IMG/VR virus record: IMGVR_UViG_3300031753_000008
Coordinates: 1-59,946 of that record
DNA length: 59,946 nucleotides
Origin: a virus
Taxonomy: Duplodnaviria > Caudoviricetes
Strand: one strand, 5' to 3'
The notes under the pieces are model-generated. The model did no database searches and was not told where the DNA came from. It was given only the letters and a program-made list of their open reading frames with translations. Positions 18,792 to 28,041 of this stretch are shown in pieces (position 1 is the first letter of the stretch; every line of letters starts with the position of its first letter). The position numbers were made by a program, and so were the translations under genes.

Positions 18792-19676
18792 ATGATCAGG
18801 CTCCTCCTCGCCATCGTGCTGTCGCTCGCGGCGGCGGGTGCGGCATGCGCGCAACAGGTGCCATTCGACCGCACCTGGCTCTATCCCGGCGGCGCCAGCT
18901 ATGCCGCCGGGCTCGGCGACGACAACAAGGTCATCTCGGCGCTCAACGCCGGCGGCGCTCTGACCGTCACCCTGCCCTCGACGACGGCCATGGCGGCGAG
19001 CGGCTGGCAGATCGCTGTCGAGAACGACGCGGCGCATACCGTCACGGTCCAGGTCAACGGCACCGCGGGCGGCCATATCCTCTACCCGACGACATCAGGC
19101 GGGGCCTCGGCGACCTCGTTTTCGACCGCCGCCGGGAACAACGAGATCGCGGTCGTCGAATATGACGGCAACGGCAATTTCCGGATCGTCGCGGCGACCC
19201 CGGCTACCGCATTGGCGCTGGGCTTCTTCTCGGGCGGCAGCGTTCCGGCGGCGGCCGATCTCTTGGGCAGCAACGGGTCTGCTTTTGGCGGGGTGACGGT
19301 CGGCACCGGGTTGTCGCTGAGCGGGGCGTTTGGCGCGCAGACATTGTCGGCGACGGGCGGCGGGGTCGCGTGGTCGACCTCGGTCTACACGCTGACGACG
19401 ACCCCCCTCGTCCTGCCGGCGACCAACTACCTGATCGAAATCGTCAGGCAGAGCGTCGCCGCCCCGATCACGGTCGATCTCGCCGCCGCGCCGCCGGCGA
19501 ATTTCGTGCAGTGCGTAAAGGACGGCGGCAACAACTTCCAGGCCAACGCCGCCACCATCAAGACCACCGACGGCACCGCGATCGACGCCGTCGCCGGCTC
19601 GACCGGCTACGTGATGAACCAGGCCCGGCAATTCGGATGCTTCATCTTCGATGGAACGCAATGGGATATAATCTGA
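18792..19676 (+). CDS. Tail-fibre-like protein with Sec signal peptide
   Basis: MIRLLLAIVLSLAAAGAACA|QQ; TVTLPST...YDG..F and CVKDG...CFIFDGTQW domains. Confidence 0.8.
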   Translation: MIRLLLAIVLSLAAAGAACAQQVPFDRTWLYPGGASYAAGLGDDNKVISALNAGGALTVTLPSTTAMAASGWQIAVENDAAHTVTVQVNGTAGGHILYPTTSGGASATSFSTAAGNNEIAVVEYDGNGNFRIVAATPATALALGFFSGGSVPAAADLLGSNGSAFGGVTVGTGLSLSGAFGAQTLSATGGGVAWSTSVYTLTTTPLVLPATNYLIEIVRQSVAAPITVDLAAAPPANFVQCVKDGGNNFQANAATIKTTDGTAIDAVAGSTGYVMNQARQFGCFIFDGTQWDII

Positions 19677-20005
19677 GGCTCGCTTGGGCCGCGTCCGCAA
19701 TTTCGTTGCTCGCGCTCACTCCGGCCGCGCGTGCCGGCGCCGCGGCCGAGTTTCCGCCGCCGATGTGCGCGCCCGGCACCGCGACCGTGATCTGCCAGCT
19801 GATGATCGAGCGCAACAGCGTCTCCGACGAGTTGGCGCTGAGCGAGACCCGGCGCGTCGACGAGTCCAAATCGGCGCAGGCGAGTGCGGCCGCACTCGCC
19901 GATTACTGGCGGCATTACGTCATCGGCGCCGCGGCCAAGGCCGATTACTGGGGCCGCCTCTGGGACTGGCTCGCCGAGCATTTCCACCATCGCCGGGGCC
20001 GCTGA
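19661..20005 (+). CDS. Exported hypothetical protein
   Basis: MGYNLRLAWAASAISLLALTPAARA|GA; a Cys pair, then a helical region. Confidence 0.6.
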   Translation: MGYNLRLAWAASAISLLALTPAARAGAAAEFPPPMCAPGTATVICQLMIERNSVSDELALSETRRVDESKSAQASAAALADYWRHYVIGAAAKADYWGRLWDWLAEHFHHRRGR

Positions 20006-20008
20006 GCC

Positions 20009-21076
20009 ATGCGCACCGGACGGCACCTCGTAGCGGCGGCGCTGATCGGGTCGCTGATCAGCACCGCCACAACCCCGGCCGCGGCGTCCTATATGGGGAC
20101 GCCCCCGCTGCTCGTCGTCAACGGCGGCTCGGGCTTGACGACGGCGACGGCACACGCGGTCTTGACCGGCGAAGGAACCTCGGCCTTTGGCCAGGTCGGC
20201 CCCGGCGGGGCCGGCACCTTGCTCGCCGGTGTGGCGAGCGCCGACCCGACCTTCACCTCGACCCCGACCCTGGGGGCCAACGGCGGCACCGGCGGCACCT
20301 TGACGCTCGAGGGCTCGACGAGCGGCTCCGGCGTCATCCAGGTCGCCGCCGCGGCCGGCGCCGGCATCGTCTTCCAGCTGCCCTCGGCAAACGGCTCCTC
20401 CGGCAACGCGCTCACCACCAACGGCGCCGGCATCACGAGCTGGAGCCCGGTCGGCACGCTGACCTCGGTCACCTGCGGCACCGGGCTCAGCGGCGGCACG
20501 ATCACCACGACCGGCACCTGCTCGATTACCGCCCCGGTTACGGTAGCGCTCGGCGGCACCGGCTCGATATCGGCCTCGGGGACGGCGCTCGACAACATCA
20601 CCGGGTTTTCCGGGACCGGCCTCGTCAACCGCACCGGCGCCGGCACCTATTCGTTCATGGCGACCAACGCCGTCGCGTTTACCGGGGGCACGATCGACGG
20701 CGTCACGATCGGCGGCACCACGCCGGCGGCGGCCCACTTCACGACCCTGAGCACGAGCGGGATCACGACCTTTGGCTCGGGCGAGGTCGGGCCGGTCCGG
20801 GTCGTCACCGCGTCCGGAGCGGTGACGATGGCGACCACCGACAACACGATCGAGGTCGACAAGACGACCGGGGCCGCGACCACCGTAAACCTGGTGTCGT
20901 CGCCGACCCCGGGCACCCGGCTCTGCGTCAAGGATGGGAAAGGCGACGCATCCGCCAACAACATCACGCTCTCGCCCGCCGCGGGGAATATCGACGGCGG
21001 CGCCACTTTCATCATGAACCAGAATTACCAGAGCACCTGCATCCAGTACGACGGAACGAAGTGGATCATCTCGTAG
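20009..21076 (+). CDS. Tail-fibre-like protein with Sec signal peptide
   Basis: MRTGRHLVAAALIGSLISTATTPAAA|; VVNGGSG, VALGGTG, GTGLSGGTIT and LTTNGAG fibre repeats. Confidence 0.8.
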   Translation: MRTGRHLVAAALIGSLISTATTPAAASYMGTPPLLVVNGGSGLTTATAHAVLTGEGTSAFGQVGPGGAGTLLAGVASADPTFTSTPTLGANGGTGGTLTLEGSTSGSGVIQVAAAAGAGIVFQLPSANGSSGNALTTNGAGITSWSPVGTLTSVTCGTGLSGGTITTTGTCSITAPVTVALGGTGSISASGTALDNITGFSGTGLVNRTGAGTYSFMATNAVAFTGGTIDGVTIGGTTPAAAHFTTLSTSGITTFGSGEVGPVRVVTASGAVTMATTDNTIEVDKTTGAATTVNLVSSPTPGTRLCVKDGKGDASANNITLSPAAGNIDGGATFIMNQNYQSTCIQYDGTKWIIS

Positions 21077-21094
21077 TGCCTGCGGCATGAGCTT

Positions 21095-23383
21095 ATGCGC
21101 TATGTATTCGCGGCACTGGTGGCGCTCGTCGCTGGCGCACAAGCGGCGCGCGCCGAATTCGACGGCATCGTAAGGGTCCCCAACAACGCGGCGCTCGCCG
21201 CCCTCAAATCGACGCAGGCGGCATGGGTCGAGCGGCTCGGCTTTACGACGATCGGGGACGCCGAAAAGGTCCTCTACGCCTCGAGCAATTCGGCCTGCTC
21301 GCTCAATGCCGGCGCCGGCGACAACGGCTCGCAGGTCGCCAGCGCCGACAGCAAGTGCTGGATCGCCACCTTCCCCGCAGTGGGCGCCTCTGTGGGCGAA
21401 TGGGGGGCCGTCGATCTCGGCAGCGGCAACGTCACCGGCACCGACAGCTCGACCGCCCTCGACGCCGCGGCGGCGTGGTGTGGAAGGGTGACGGGCGGCG
21501 GGCGCCTCTTAATCGGCAACCACCGCTACGCGCACGACTCGGCCGCCAACTGGGTGGTGCCGCAGGGCTGCACGGTCGCCAGCTCGGGGCCGGTCGCCGG
21601 CGATCCCGCGACCAACCCCGTCAACTGGGCGTCGACGACGGGTGGTGCGATCTTGATAAACCCGACCAAGACGGTTTCGTTGTCGGGGAACCTCGACGGC
21701 GTTCTTGTGGCGCCCTATGGGATGGGGCCTGCGGCCTCGGGGCAAGCCTACTATCAGCAGGTTTTGACCTTTGCTGGGACCGGCATAACGATCGGCGCCG
21801 ATCATGCGGTCATTACACACAGCGGCGTCGTCGGGTTTGCGCAAGGTATTTCGTCGACCGGATTTGCGCGCCTGATAATGGACGACGTGCTGATCGACGA
21901 CACTGCCGGCCTGTTGTTGGCGAACAGTTATGACGTCGCCCACATCTCAAAGGTCCACGGCTGGTCTTGGACCGGCGGCAACGTCAACAACATCCCCTTC
22001 GACGTAGAGGCGATCACCGGCGTCGCGAATAACGGCTCTGGGTTAGTAAGGCTGACGGTCACCTCTACCACGGACCTCGCCACCGGTAATAACGTCTCCA
22101 TCGAGGGAGTCGGGGGCGCGGTCGGCGCCAATGGCGACACATGGACGATCACCGTCATCGACTCGACTCACGTCGATCTTCAAGGATCGGCGTTCGCCGG
22201 CCTAACGCATACCTGCTCATGGGGCAGCACGGATAACGCGATATCCTGCACTACAATTCAGGGGATCAATCCTGGAGGTGCTGTTAGCGGGACGAATATT
22301 CAGTCCGGGACAACCGTCATGGCGGTTGATCCGATCAATAATCGGGTCTGGCTGAGCAACTACCCGACCGCAGCCGGCAGTAGCGTTACCCTCACCTTTG
22401 CGTTGGGAACCTACACCTCGGGCGGCGATTTGGTGCTTAATGGCACGCGACGCTCAGGCGCGTTTGTCAAGGTTACGGGGGGCACCCAAAACGATTTTCA
22501 CGACATGTTCGAGTATGGCTATAAGAAGGGTTATTACGTTTCGACGAATTCATTGTGGAATTTCTTTCACGACGCGTCATGCGATGCCTTGATCGAAGGC
22601 AATTTCGTCACTACTGACAGCTGCATTTACTTAGACGCCAATGCGCATGAAAACGAATTCATCGGAGGCCAAATAGGCGGGTCGACGATCGGGGTCGACG
22701 AGCAAACCACCGGGGGCAATACCGTAAATCAGGTCATCGGCCTTAATTTCCGAAACCAGGCGAGCGATTTGTCAGTCATTGTTGCCGGGGTCGGCACCGA
22801 CTTTTTGCGACTGGACGGGATCGCGACCAACCTTGGCACTGGCTACGTCGCGGGATATTTCGGGCAGAACTTCACGCTCGATGGGTTGGGCGCAGTCGCC
22901 GGATTGTTGTTGGTCGAGGAGCAGGACGGCACGGCTGGCGTTGCCGTTCCTGCGGCGACGCTCTCGGGAACTTGGACGCCGACGGTCTTGCTGAACGGCG
23001 TGCCGAGTTCTGGCATGACCTTCTCGACCTCGCCGACCGGCCATTTTCGGATCGACCAATACGGCTACATGATGGTCGATTTCGGGTTTCAGTTGTCCGC
23101 TCTGGGCAGTGGGACCGGCAACCTGCAGCTCGGCAACATGCCATTGAACTGCGTGCCGGGAATCGACGATTTCGGGCTGGCGCCGGTTTTCCATTTCGGC
23201 AATGGCACGACGCCTACCACGGGGCTTACTGGTCCGGTGTGGGGGTCAGCCACCGGCAATGCAAACTATTTTGCGTTCACCGAGTCGGACACAGCGATCA
23301 ATGCCAATTCTCAGCCTGTGACCAATGCGAACATCACCAGCTCTCTTCAAACTGGTGGCACCTTCGCCTGCCGCACCCGATAA
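21095..23383 (+). CDS. Tailspike/pectate-lyase-like beta-helix protein with Sec signal peptide
   Basis: MRYVFAALVALVAGAQAARA|EF; SVGEWGA...TDSSTALDAA beta-helix entry; GTWTPT fibre-tip domain. Confidence 0.8.
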   Translation: MRYVFAALVALVAGAQAARAEFDGIVRVPNNAALAALKSTQAAWVERLGFTTIGDAEKVLYASSNSACSLNAGAGDNGSQVASADSKCWIATFPAVGASVGEWGAVDLGSGNVTGTDSSTALDAAAAWCGRVTGGGRLLIGNHRYAHDSAANWVVPQGCTVASSGPVAGDPATNPVNWASTTGGAILINPTKTVSLSGNLDGVLVAPYGMGPAASGQAYYQQVLTFAGTGITIGADHAVITHSGVVGFAQGISSTGFARLIMDDVLIDDTAGLLLANSYDVAHISKVHGWSWTGGNVNNIPFDVEAITGVANNGSGLVRLTVTSTTDLATGNNVSIEGVGGAVGANGDTWTITVIDSTHVDLQGSAFAGLTHTCSWGSTDNAISCTTIQGINPGGAVSGTNIQSGTTVMAVDPINNRVWLSNYPTAAGSSVTLTFALGTYTSGGDLVLNGTRRSGAFVKVTGGTQNDFHDMFEYGYKKGYYVSTNSLWNFFHDASCDALIEGNFVTTDSCIYLDANAHENEFIGGQIGGSTIGVDEQTTGGNTVNQVIGLNFRNQASDLSVIVAGVGTDFLRLDGIATNLGTGYVAGYFGQNFTLDGLGAVAGLLLVEEQDGTAGVAVPAATLSGTWTPTVLLNGVPSSGMTFSTSPTGHFRIDQYGYMMVDFGFQLSALGSGTGNLQLGNMPLNCVPGIDDFGLAPVFHFGNGTTPTTGLTGPVWGSATGNANYFAFTESDTAINANSQPVTNANITSSLQTGGTFACRTR

Positions 23384-23393
23384 AAGGTAGCGC

Positions 23394-26300
23394 ATGAAAC
23401 ATCGTCTACTGGCCGGCGTGCTAGCCTCGGGTCATGCCCTGAGTTTCGCTGCGGCGCTGGCGCTGGGGCTGCTGCCGTTCATCGTCCCGCTGTCGGCGCG
23501 AGCCGCGCTGCAAAACAACAGCTATCCGTCGACCGGCGCGGTGCTGTCCTGCCAAGGGCGGCCGTGGATCGACGTGATGTGCTATAGCGCCGATCCGACC
23601 GATACCAGCGACTCGACCACGGCCTTTACTACGGCGATCGCCGACGCGCTCACCAACGACGTGCCAATCCACATCCCGGCCGGCAAGTACAAGATCAGCA
23701 GCACGCTGACAATTGATACCTCGGGTTTCGGCGCCGCCGGGGTTCGCCTGATCGCCGACAACGCGACGCTCGATGGCGCCGCCGTATCGAGCGGCCCGGT
23801 GTTGCTGGTCCAGCGCTCCGGTGGGACGACCGGATCGCCGGCGGTCGACCAAAATTTCACAATCGAAGGATCTCTGTCGGTCCTATCGAGCGCAGCCGCC
23901 TACGCGGTCGCGATCGGCAAAGCCGACTTCTCCGACAAGTTTCAAGGGCTGCGTATCGAGCACCTGACCGCGGCCAACGCATCGAGCGCCGCTGGCGCCG
24001 GCGGCATCAAGGTCAACTATGTCGTCGGCGCCCGGCTGTGGCTCGGCGGCACCACCGCGGGCGGCTCGGCGGCGGCGGCCGCGGTCGCGGTCGAACAGGC
24101 TCAGGATTCGCAGATCGCCGGCGCCGGCGCGGCGAGCGGGGCGAGTGCTGCCTCGCTCCTCGTTGAGAACGGCATCTCGACCGGCAACACCTTTTCCGGC
24201 TTCAACTACGGCACCACGTCGAACACCTGCCTGTCGATCACCGCCGCCGGGGCCGCGCTGAACGCGTTTGTCGCCCCCAATTTCGGCTGCACTACCGCGG
24301 TCAACGCCACCGCCTCGGGCGCCGGCAACGTCCTGGTGCCGCCGGTTTTTGCCGGGGCCAACCGCGGCCCGATCTCGGGCGGCATCACGATCGTCGGCCG
24401 CGGCGCCTTGAGCCGCTACGTCGCCCCGGCCGCGAGCACCTATACCGCACTGTGCAGCGACGACGGCACGATGTTCAGCTCGGCCGCCGCAACCGGCTCG
24501 GGGGCGGGAACCTGGGCGGCGTCGAGCTTGCCGGTCACCCTGCCCAACCCCGCGACCTGCGGCGCCGGCTATTCGATCGGGTTCGCCACCGACGCGTCAA
24601 AGGCGGTCGTCCTGACTGCGTCGGCGGGCGCAATTCTCGCCGGCACCAGGTCGCTGGCGGCAATGACCCTCGGCCCCGGCAATTACGAATTTGTCGTATT
24701 GCGCTCCGACGGCACCAATTTCCGGGTGACGCAGGGCTCTTCCGGCAGCCTCGTCTACAATGGGGCCGCTGCCCCCGGCATCCCGTCGCGCTACGAATTT
24801 CCGGGCGGCCCCGGCTACCAGGCGACGCAGGGCGACAATGCCGGGGTCTTGTCGAGCTCGCTCACCTCCTCGGGTCTCGCGGTGACCCTGCCGTCGACGA
24901 CCTCGGTCGCGGCCGGCTGGACGATCGGGCTCGCGGCCGACGCGATGCCGCTCGCGGTCCAGGTCAACGGCACCGCCGGCGGCCATATCCTGCTGCCGGC
25001 GGGAACCTCGCTATCCACCGCACACGTGCCGATCGACTACATGGCCTATGTCCAGTTCGACGGCGCCAATTTCCGCTTCCTGCCGCTGTGGAGCACGCCG
25101 GCGATCGGCAACGACGTGCGCATCTTTGGGGCCGTGGGCGACGGCTCGACCAACGACACGGCCCCGATCCAGACCGCCTGGGACCTCGGCCCGGTCTACC
25201 TGCCGCCCGGCAACTGGCACGTCACCGACGAGCTCGCCTGCAATGGCGGCAACGCGATGAGCGGGGCCGGCAATTACGTGTCGGTTTTGACGGTGGGGAG
25301 CGCCGGCGGCAACGATTTCAACATGAACGCCAACGGGGTAGTGCAGACCGGCGCCATCGTCGGCGGCCCGTGCTCGCTGACCAATTTCGAGATCGGCTTT
25401 TACCAGCCCGATACGGGCGGCATGACGCTCGCGAACATCATCCATTACCCCAAAGCCCTCGATGGCGACTTTGTCCATTACGGCACAATCGACAAGGTCC
25501 GCATCAATGCCGCGTGGGAGTGCTTTGGCGCGGCGGGCGGAATGAGCGGCACCCCCGGCGGGACCCATCTCGGCACGATCGATTGCAGCTCGTTCAACAC
25601 CGGGCTCTACCTCCAGGGCAACGATGCCTTTTTCAGTGTCGACACCTGGGACCAGGAAACCGGCGGTCTCACCGCCAACCAGGGGGCGGTCTACGAGGCG
25701 GCCGGGGAAGCCGGCGCGGCGCAGTGCATCCATCTCGCCGGCGACGTGCAGGGGCCGGCCTTTGGCAAGGCCATGTGCTTTGCCCAGGGTGTGACCCTCG
25801 ACAACGGCACCGCCTACAACATCCCGACCTCGTTCAATACCCTCGACCTCGACGGCGACGGCGCGCTGCTCAAGGTCAATGGCGGCGGCCAGGGCAACGC
25901 GGTGCGCGTCGGAACCCTCTATTCGACCAAGAGTGCCGCCGACACGCTCGGGACACTGAATATCGACGGCGCCCTGACCTCGGTCGAGATCAGCAACTGC
26001 CGGGTCTCGGCGGCGCAGACCTCGGCCCCCGACATCCTGGTCAATGGCGGCAGCACGATCCTCAATGGCTGCTACTATTTCTATTCGTCGCCGAACGAGA
26101 CCCCGGTCGTGGTCACCGGCGGCCTGCTCAAATTCGCCAATGACCGGTTTGTCCTGCCGACCCCCGCGACCGCGACAATGATGAGCGTCGCCGGCGGCGC
26201 CAGCGGCACTCTCGAGCTCGTCGGCAACAATTTCTCCGAGCCCAACGTCGCCCGCGCCAGCGGCAACCCGCTGATCCACGTCAACACGGCGCTGTCGGCG

Positions 26301-27095
26301 CCGGCGCGCCTCATCATGACCGGCAACACCTTTCTTGGCGCCAATGTCGTCGGCAACATCCTCGAGATCGACCAGGACAACCCGGGCAACAACGTCCAGG
26401 GCAACTTTCTGAACGGCTGGCAGGTCGATCTCGGGTTCAATACGTCGGTTGGCTATTACGACTTCCCCGACGTACCGCTGCCGGTTACGAGCACGCCGCA
26501 ATTCGCGACCAACGGCGATTTCGCACCGACCGGCGGTACTACCGACGCCACCTTTACCGGCAACATTTTGGGCCCGGCCCTGACCGTCGTCAGCGGGCTC
26601 TCCGGCACGATCGCGCACGGCGAAGAGGTCACCTGCGGCGGCTGCGCCCCGAACACCGTGATCCAGACCGGATCGGGGTTCAACTGGACGGTGTTGCCGG
26701 CGCAGACCGTCGCGAACACCGCGATGACCGTCGTCACCCCGGCGGTCGTCGGCAGCTATTTCCGGCGCGGCGACTTTGTCGATTTTCACCTGCGCGACAC
26801 CTTCAACACCAATGCCTATACGACCGCCTCGGGGAATTTCGAGTTGCAGACCAACATGCCCGGCGCCCAGCCGTTCGAGGACCCGACCGGGATCCCGCTG
26901 TCGATCGGTTTTATCCAGAACATCACCTTCCTCTCGGGCCAAATCCCGTCCTCCGCCTATATCAACGGCCTCGGTCTCATCGTGCTCGGCTACTACCAGT
27001 CGGCCGCGATCCCGCTGCCGTTCAACACGAGCAACATTCTGCCGAGCACGGCGAACGTGTCGGTGAATGTCGCCGGCCGCTATCGGATCAGGTGA
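23394..27095 (+). CDS. Large tailspike-like protein (two beta-helix entries) with Sec signal peptide
   Basis: N-terminal ...PFIVPLSARA|; ADPTDTSDSTTAF...IPAGKY and DVRIFGAVGDGSTNDTAPIQ...VYLPPG; terminal GRYRI. Confidence 0.85.
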   Translation: MKHRLLAGVLASGHALSFAAALALGLLPFIVPLSARAALQNNSYPSTGAVLSCQGRPWIDVMCYSADPTDTSDSTTAFTTAIADALTNDVPIHIPAGKYKISSTLTIDTSGFGAAGVRLIADNATLDGAAVSSGPVLLVQRSGGTTGSPAVDQNFTIEGSLSVLSSAAAYAVAIGKADFSDKFQGLRIEHLTAANASSAAGAGGIKVNYVVGARLWLGGTTAGGSAAAAAVAVEQAQDSQIAGAGAASGASAASLLVENGISTGNTFSGFNYGTTSNTCLSITAAGAALNAFVAPNFGCTTAVNATASGAGNVLVPPVFAGANRGPISGGITIVGRGALSRYVAPAASTYTALCSDDGTMFSSAAATGSGAGTWAASSLPVTLPNPATCGAGYSIGFATDASKAVVLTASAGAILAGTRSLAAMTLGPGNYEFVVLRSDGTNFRVTQGSSGSLVYNGAAAPGIPSRYEFPGGPGYQATQGDNAGVLSSSLTSSGLAVTLPSTTSVAAGWTIGLAADAMPLAVQVNGTAGGHILLPAGTSLSTAHVPIDYMAYVQFDGANFRFLPLWSTPAIGNDVRIFGAVGDGSTNDTAPIQTAWDLGPVYLPPGNWHVTDELACNGGNAMSGAGNYVSVLTVGSAGGNDFNMNANGVVQTGAIVGGPCSLTNFEIGFYQPDTGGMTLANIIHYPKALDGDFVHYGTIDKVRINAAWECFGAAGGMSGTPGGTHLGTIDCSSFNTGLYLQGNDAFFSVDTWDQETGGLTANQGAVYEAAGEAGAAQCIHLAGDVQGPAFGKAMCFAQGVTLDNGTAYNIPTSFNTLDLDGDGALLKVNGGGQGNAVRVGTLYSTKSAADTLGTLNIDGALTSVEISNCRVSAAQTSAPDILVNGGSTILNGCYYFYSSPNETPVVVTGGLLKFANDRFVLPTPATATMMSVAGGASGTLELVGNNFSEPNVARASGNPLIHVNTALSAPARLIMTGNTFLGANVVGNILEIDQDNPGNNVQGNFLNGWQVDLGFNTSVGYYDFPDVPLPVTSTPQFATNGDFAPTGGTTDATFTGNILGPALTVVSGLSGTIAHGEEVTCGGCAPNTVIQTGSGFNWTVLPAQTVANTAMTVVTPAVVGSYFRRGDFVDFHLRDTFNTNAYTTASGNFELQTNMPGAQPFEDPTGIPLSIGFIQNITFLSGQIPSSAYINGLGLIVLGYYQSAAIPLPFNTSNILPSTANVSVNVAGRYRIR

Positions 27096-27592
27096 TGGCC
27101 GAAGACGCGCAGCTCGCCGCGGCGGCGGCGACGATCGCCGAATTGCGCCGCGAGCTCGCGGCGACCGAACTACGGCTCACCCGCGCCGATGCCGCCCTGG
27201 GCGAGGTTGCCGCCCAGTGCGATCAAACGAAAGCAGCGCTCGGCGATGGGCAGCGGGCATTGGCGAGCGAGCGAGAGCAGCATCAGCGCGATTTGACAGC
27301 AGCAGCTGCCGCACTCGCCGCGGCCAATACCGCGACCGCTGCGGCGCGGGCGGCCTATGTCGCGGTGTCGATGAAATTCGACCGGATGTTCGGCGAGCCG
27401 GTCGAGGACGGCATTGCCGCATTGCGCAAGTACCGTACGCTCGACAATGTCGAGCACGCCTCGCTCGAGGCCGCGCGGCTGCACATGGCGGCGGCGGCAC
27501 TGGGGTTGACGGACGCGGCGGCAAAGGACCTCGCGGCCCGCGCCGCGGCAAACCCCGCCGCAATGGCGGCACTCGTCGAGATCGCCCCTTAA
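27092..27592 (+). CDS. Coiled-coil hypothetical protein
   Basis: GTGA-coupled; Ala/Glu-rich heptads. Confidence 0.65.
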   Translation: MMAEDAQLAAAAATIAELRRELAATELRLTRADAALGEVAAQCDQTKAALGDGQRALASEREQHQRDLTAAAAALAAANTATAAARAAYVAVSMKFDRMFGEPVEDGIAALRKYRTLDNVEHASLEAARLHMAAAALGLTDAAAKDLAARAAANPAAMAALVEIAP

Positions 27593-27606
27593 AAGAGGAG
27601 CCGGCA

Positions 27607-27942
27607 ATGACACGGACACTGGCGCTCGTGGCGCTCGTGGCGATGGCGCTCGCTTCTTCCGGCTGCGCCCAGATCACCGGCTTCACCGAGGCGGACGCCG
27701 CAAGTGCGGCCGCACTCGCGGCCGCGACCGGCGACACTGCCAACGCCGCCTGCTATGCCGACATCGGCAAGATCACGGTGGCGATCGAGGGTGCGGCTCA
27801 GGGACAGGCCGGCCTGCTGACCAAGATCGAGGCGAAGCGCGCCGTCCAGGGCATCCTCGCCGACCCGAGCTGCGCCTCGCTGTGGCTGGGCCTCGTCGGC
27901 ACCGCGCTCAAGGGGACGCCGCTCGGCCCCTTCGTCCCCTAA
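27607..27942 (+). CDS. Putative lipoprotein
   Basis: GAGGAG RBS; MTRTLALVALVAMALASSG|C; two further Cys. Confidence 0.7.
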   Translation: MTRTLALVALVAMALASSGCAQITGFTEADAASAAALAAATGDTANAACYADIGKITVAIEGAAQGQAGLLTKIEAKRAVQGILADPSCASLWLGLVGTALKGTPLGPFVP

Positions 27943-27985
27943 CCCTCCGCGCCAGCCTCTGCGCGTATGAGGCATCGCGAACCCT

Positions 27986-28010
27986 GGGCTCCGAAAGTCG
28001 GAGCCCTTTT
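27986..28010 (+). terminator. Intrinsic terminator
   Basis: gggctccga-aag-tcggagccc then TTTT. Confidence 0.85.
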
Positions 28011-28041
28011 CTTTTCCGCCCTACGATTATGAGGCAACCCG

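Noticed and set aside
12845-24991. Diversity-generating retroelement TR/VR pairs among the tail repeats
   Set aside because: No reverse transcriptase gene. The repeats are short, in-frame domain duplications without adenine-specific mismatches.
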